Below, in pieces: positions 49,861 to 55,105 of a stretch of 55,105 bases of DNA (its first letter is position 1; each line of letters opens with the position of its first letter). This stretch comes from Tubiluchus corallicola (taxonomy: Eukaryota; Animalia; Priapulida): the NCBI GenBank assembly GCA_030141605.1, contig JAQGDQ010001212.1, forward strand, positions 1-55,105, read 5' to 3'. A program made the position numbers and the translations under genes. A model generated the notes under the pieces. It was not told the origin of the DNA, searched no databases, and saw only the letters and a list, made by a program, of their open reading frames with translations.

Positions 49861-50566
49861 AAAAAATATTGAGAACTACAATAGCTTTTTTTAAATCAAA
49901 GCTTAGATTAAATAATAATTAGCTCGGATACTCAAATTTTGTTAAACTTTTAAAGCTACGCGCGGCTCAGTGAATCTAGTAAGATTGGCAGCGGCGCCTT
50001 TTTGTCACATTCGTGTGGCCGACAAATAGAAGGCGGTACTGTGATAAGCATGATCATGAACTGCAGTGTTAGTTTCTGACGTCATATAATGTAAAGCTCC
50101 TTTTTCGTGACATCACACGTTTAAGCAGTAACAGTTATGCAAACGTGCTTGACGCTCAAGGGGAGATGCCTACCATTGAACAAACTGTGGTTAGTTTCTG
50201 ATGTAAGCAATAGCTGTGTTCGGTTGCCGTTAATTAAGTTTCTAAGCTAATTATTCAAATGTAAGAAACAGTTGTTAATTTTTATAGGAAAGAAAATGTA
50301 TATTTTGGACAGTAAATTAAAATGAGATTGAGTCTAAACAATCATCCAGTCTTCCTTCAAAGGTTTTTGTAGTTCAGTGAACTTGCAAAACTGAAGTGAA
50401 TATATAAGCAGGTATAAGTGACCTCATTAGTCTATCCACAAACTAATCTCTTTAAAGTGAGTAATCTTAAATCATTCATTAACATCCTGTGATTGTATTC
50501 ATGCCATAAGTGCAATGTTTTATGCACGTGTGCTATCTGGACAGTGCTTTAGCTGTATGTTTGTCT
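49861..50566 (-). repeat. Unclassified dispersed repeat of about 700 bp, copy 2
   Basis: Reverse complement of about 21625-22320. Confidence 0.85.
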
Positions 50567-51011
50567 AAACAATAGTCCGGTCTTCCTTTAAATACTTGTC
50601 GTATACTCTAGTACACAATTGAAACTGAACCAACATTATGTATTTATTTCTAATAGATACAAACAATCACACCTAGGATGATTATGCTCAAGCAATAATG
50701 AAAATGTTGGAATTTTTTGTCCTAGAGCTGTCCATTCATTATTTAACTATATTTTCGTTCATTTGCTGCATTTTAGTTCACTCGCTGCATTTATGATTTA
50801 ACCAGATTGCTTGCTTTTTTTGTTGTTGCATTCATGACTTGTTCAGTTGTTGTTTAATTTTTAACTGCATTATTTGCTTGCTTATTTTCCATTGGTATAA
50901 TTATAATATAACCGCTTTGCATTTTGTTTATTTGCTACACTTAACACCTAACCACGTTTTATTCACTTAACCATGTAGTCTGCAGTGCTTTATAATAATT
51001 CTAAGTTGTAT

Positions 51012-51136
51012 AGGGGTGGCTGACTCGATGACCTCCTGGTCTTTCGCAACCCCATCTCTACATACTTTACACAATTTGTTCTATTTGCGCTATAAATATT
51101 ATATTAGAGATGAATAAAACCATTGAATTGAATTGA
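51012..51136 (+). mobile_element. CR1-like LINE 3' terminus
   Basis: gactcgatgacctcctggtctttcgcaacc hairpin, aataaa, (ttgaa)n tail. Confidence 0.5.
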
Positions 51137-51273
51137 TACTATCAGCTCAAATTTTGTTAGCAGTTCTTACATTCTCTTCTGTACCCAAGGTTTTAAAACA
51201 TTTATGTTAGAAGTGTAATGTTTGTCAATATTTAACAGAAATGACCAATTTTCTTCTGAATAATATGTTTTAG

Positions 51274-51424
51274 ACCATTGCTATACAGCATGCTGAGTCA
51301 CTTTCTCAAACAAGTTCCAACCGGAGCTACGAAGCCACAACCTGCTGCATCTGGAGATAAGAATGTCCATATCTCACTGCCAACAGACGTAACTCAGCAG
51401 TCAAGCAACCCACATGCAAGTTGA
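51274..51424 (+). CDS. CEP20: CEP20/FOPNL exon 4 (terminal)
   Basis: ttttag|(V)PLLYSMLSHFLKQ...PHAS*; conserved PLLY..L.HFL; aataaa near 51487. Confidence 0.88.
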
Positions 51425-52696
51425 CACAGTTTCAAAACCTGCATGTAACTCGTATGTAAAATTCTTTTACTCATACAATACATTTGAATAAATTAATGTC
51501 ATTTTTATACTACTAATTTGAATGTGCCTATAATAAGTATGTTTCTTGCAGTATTTTTCAGTGTCGGGAAGTTGCATATATATTTCCCGGGCATTAAACT
51601 ATATAAAGCGTTATTAAACTAACGCTTTATATTTGTGAAATTTGTGATGTGTGAATCATACTATTGTTCTCAAGTTATAAGTAAATAGAAATGATACTTG
51701 AATGAAATAATGATGTATTTTATTGTGGCCACATTTTAATCAAATCTTGTCTGTTTTTTGTTGTTGGTTTGTGCTCTTTTGAAATAGGAAGTCCGAATGA
51801 CTAAATGAAAATGATTAAACGTTCAAAGTAGTGAGACACAAACAATTAAAGAAATACGTATCGAGGTTTACTTTAAAAAGGGATAATCGCATAACCCTAT
51901 CTTAACGCAATCATAAAAAGATTTCTGACAGTTTCAGTCCTGTTACTAATAGATTACCAGGTTAGTGCACCATAGGTTTCTCCTCTGACTTTTATTAACA
52001 TACAGTAAAAAAATTTTTCGATAATCAGTATTGCAATCAACTGTATTTTCTTTTATTAAGCTTGTTAATATGGTAGTTGATTACGATTTGAAATGATACT
52101 TTTTACTGAGGTCGACACTAGGTCAGACGAATTGCCGATCATTACTGAAGCCATGATTGTTTTTACAAGTCGAGTTTCAAGCGCATATAAGACGTAAAGT
52201 TCAATCAAAATATTTTTCTCTAAATTTATAACTTCTCAGGTAAAATTTCGTTGATTATGTTTAGTTTGTACTATGTTGTTTTACAGACGGTACCCTACAC
52301 TTATCTAAGCTGGCAAAAATCTCTCCATTTTCTAGCACAAAAATGCATTAGTATAATGTTTGTATTTGTAAACTACATGTACACAAATTACATTAAAACT
52401 ACATTAAAACAAAACCCTAAAATGAATATTTTTATATTTAACTTTTGCTGGATAACTGGAGATTAATTTTTTATATGAAAGGAACATGTTTATAAATGGA
52501 TGATGTGGTTGATGCAACACTTAGCATATTAGGTGTTAATAATTTATGCAAATGACTGACTGACTGTGAACTCATAAATACCACTTTAATATTTCATGGT
52601 GTTGGTAATAGACCGGCATGCATCATGTTTAATTCATCTGTTCATGATGGAGTGGAATATCGTAGTCACTCGCATGTCATGCTTATTGACCAATTA

Positions 52697-52912
52697 CGGT
52701 AAGTCCTCACTTAACGACGCCAATCATTTGACACCTTAAATCACTTAACGACGCACGTTTCGCTTTAACGAGGATTTTTCACTTTGCTCAAGGCAAATTT
52801 TTATTGGATTAACAAAATTTTTACCTAATTTGATAGATTAAAGCAGCAACTAGTGCATTATTCTGTTCTAAAAACACCATAATAATGTAAACTGTGTAAT
52901 TATTATACACGT
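52697..52912 (-). mobile_element. Tc1/mariner-like MITE arm, family D
   Basis: ta|cggtaagtcctcacttaacgac terminus; homologous to 5883-6470. Confidence 0.6.
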
Positions 52913-53628
52913 TTTTGCTTCCAGACTGACTACTGACGCTACTACTGTATTATTTGTGGTTTGGGTATCAAGTGACCAGGGAGTAATTTTGCCTGCAACC
53001 TGTTGCTATAGCAACCAGACTAAGTATGTAGGAAAAATTCCCAAGGTCACCCAAGGGCTTGACTCTGCAGTGTTTATTGTTCAATCCGCTGATTAGGCTT
53101 AAACATTAACGAAAGAGAAACTGCTATAGCTAAGTATTGCTAAGTAAAATATACAGGTGGTTTCAGGCAAACAGGAAGACATTAATCAGTAGAAATATGA
53201 ATAAAATTCATAGAATGTTTAACATATATTATTTTAGCAGTATTGATGAGCATACATTGAAACCTCCTTGTTCAGCCCACTTTGGGACTGCAAAAAAGTT
53301 CGCATTAATACATACGCCTGTGGAAATATAGACATTTTGTTTTGTCAAAAATATGGGTGTTAAGCGTTGCCATTCTAAAGGGGGGGGAGAGGTTATTAAA
53401 GCGAGGTCTGACTGTATTTAATTTAAATCAAAATGGGAGTTTTCACTTGAAAGCTGCCTGAGATTAAGTTTTGCTAGCCTGCTTTCCAAATCAGCACATT
53501 AAGCTCGGCTGTAGATAGACTTACATTAGTTAATATTCTGGAATAGTTCATAGACTGTTCTTGACGATACTGTATGTAAGAAACATTTTTCCTTTCTGTT
53601 TTTTATATTTATAATGCCAGCTTACTTT

Positions 53629-53995
53629 TGTTGTGTTTTGTTTCTCTCGGAAGGCTCGTAGAGAAAACCAGAAAACATTTCGTCAAATTAAACTAGTTTA
53701 TTAAGCGAGAATTCTACAACACAAAAGTATGAAGGAACGCGAATGATTACACTAAACGTGAAAATCTGGAAAACTTTTAAGTGTATCTGAAAATACAAGT
53801 ATACAAGAGAATGTGTAAGTGGCGTCCGTGTGAATCTGCGTGCCCCCGTCTCAGCAGCCGGCTTCGCCTTATATAGGGCGCCAGGGAACCTAGACGTTTC
53901 TTTCTAGAACATTCTACACGGTAAGACGATTATTCTAATGGAACATTCTACCATGTTCTATTTAATTCTAATAGATGCCAGCGATCTCCACAACA
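53629..53995 (-). mobile_element. Solo LTR (367 bp)
   Basis: tgttgtg ... cacaaca inverted termini (TG..CA); exact 5-bp TSD acttt; on minus strand a tatataa box precedes an aataaa signal. Confidence 0.85.
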
Positions 53996-54258
53996 ACTTT
54001 AGAAAATAATACTCATACAAGCGCTTTCTTAAATATTTAATTATTTATTTTCTGCGTGAAATACAAAGCATCAACTTCACAAAACGTGTTAGTCGAACAG
54101 ATAAATCCTAGACTACTATGATCCTTAACAGTAATAAAATGCTCTAAATGAAACACTTCGCACAATGATAAATAGTGTATTAACAAAAAATATGATTTAA
54201 GTTATTAGGAATGCCAAGGCACACAAGAGAAGAGGCGTTTCTCTCAGATGCACCCACA

Positions 54259-54848
54259 CAGGGGCGTGTTAACCAATAAACTCACTAGGCTGTAGCCTAG
54301 GGTGCCAAAGTTTGAGGGGCACCACATTTTAGGTGCCCAATTTAAAAAAAAGTTTATTCTCCTCGGAAAATGTGCACCCCTATGTATTCATATAAAACGA
54401 GCATTGTTTAATACACCACAGGCAGTTACAGAAACTTCTCGCTATATAAGTGCACCCCTACATATTCATATAAAATGAACATTGTTTAATACACCACAGG
54501 CAGTTATAGCCACTTATTGCTATATAAGTGCACCCCTACATATTCATATAAAATGAGCATTGTTTAATACACCACAGGCAGTTATAGACACTTGTCGCTA
54601 TATAAGTGCCATATAATGAACAAGTACAAAGAACTACACAACAAGCAGCTGCCCAGCCTTCTTATATATATATAAGCGCACTTCATATACACGTAATTAA
54701 CAATGATCATGTAGAAACTAGTTCAATAGTATTACTAATACACCACAAGTAATTATTTTTTGATTGGTACATAATCCTAAATTCACAATAGACATGGGCG
54801 GGACAGATCTATCAGCCTAGGGTGTCATAAAGTCTTGATACGCCCCTG
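54259..54848. mobile_element. hAT-like MITE with three internal tandem units of about 77 bp
   Basis: caggggcgt ... acgcccctg TIRs; gtgcacccctacatattcatataaaa... repeated across about 54372-54610; no clean TSD. Confidence 0.6.
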
Positions 54849-55105
54849 GCACAAAGCACGTGTTTGGCTTTTCAAACTTTTCTGTTTACCATCATGAGAA
54901 AATTTAAAACATGATCATACACCAATGTACTAAATACACCAAGACCACTTAATAATTAACATAAATACAATAATAATCACTTTCTGTTAGACGGGTAGAC
55001 TAATTATAGACATTATCTACGTGCTACAAATGAAAAGACTTGAGCAAAATAAAAACTGATTAAGATACTGACATGGCACCGGGATTTTCAAAAATTCTAG
55101 TTTTC

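Overview
AT-rich, repeat-dense animal (apparently invertebrate) nuclear DNA with GT-AG introns. It is not prokaryotic and has no CRISPR, rRNA or true tRNA gene. Splicing exons by hand gives four protein-coding genes. (1) The 3' part of a ZCWPW1-like PWWP gene (+; 6 exons visible, 1791-12560; zf-CW exons not in the window). (2) An intronless TRMT112 (+, 17076-17450). (3) A six-exon CDCA3/TOME-1-like gene (-, 40040-24889, about 289 aa, four DPRSP..RTP repeats and a C-terminal KEN box). (4) CEP20/FOPNL (+, 42768-51424, 4 exons, about 153 aa), head-to-head with the CDCA3-like gene. Introns and intergenic DNA hold more than ten distinct tandem arrays, hAT, Tc1/mariner and piggyBac-type MITEs, LINE 3' fragments, a tRNA-derived SINE and a solo LTR. 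The best leads are: a perfect 747-bp inverted duplication carrying a ZCWPW1 PWWP exon, with its outer breakpoint inside a transposon; two FxPP-SQ motifs (candidate DMC1/RAD51 docking sites) in the ZCWPW1-like tail; one-repeat-per-exon expansion in CDCA3; and several tandem arrays traceable to transposon sub-sequences. I see no evidence of a wholly new multi-gene system. Gene names come from motif recognition, not database searches.
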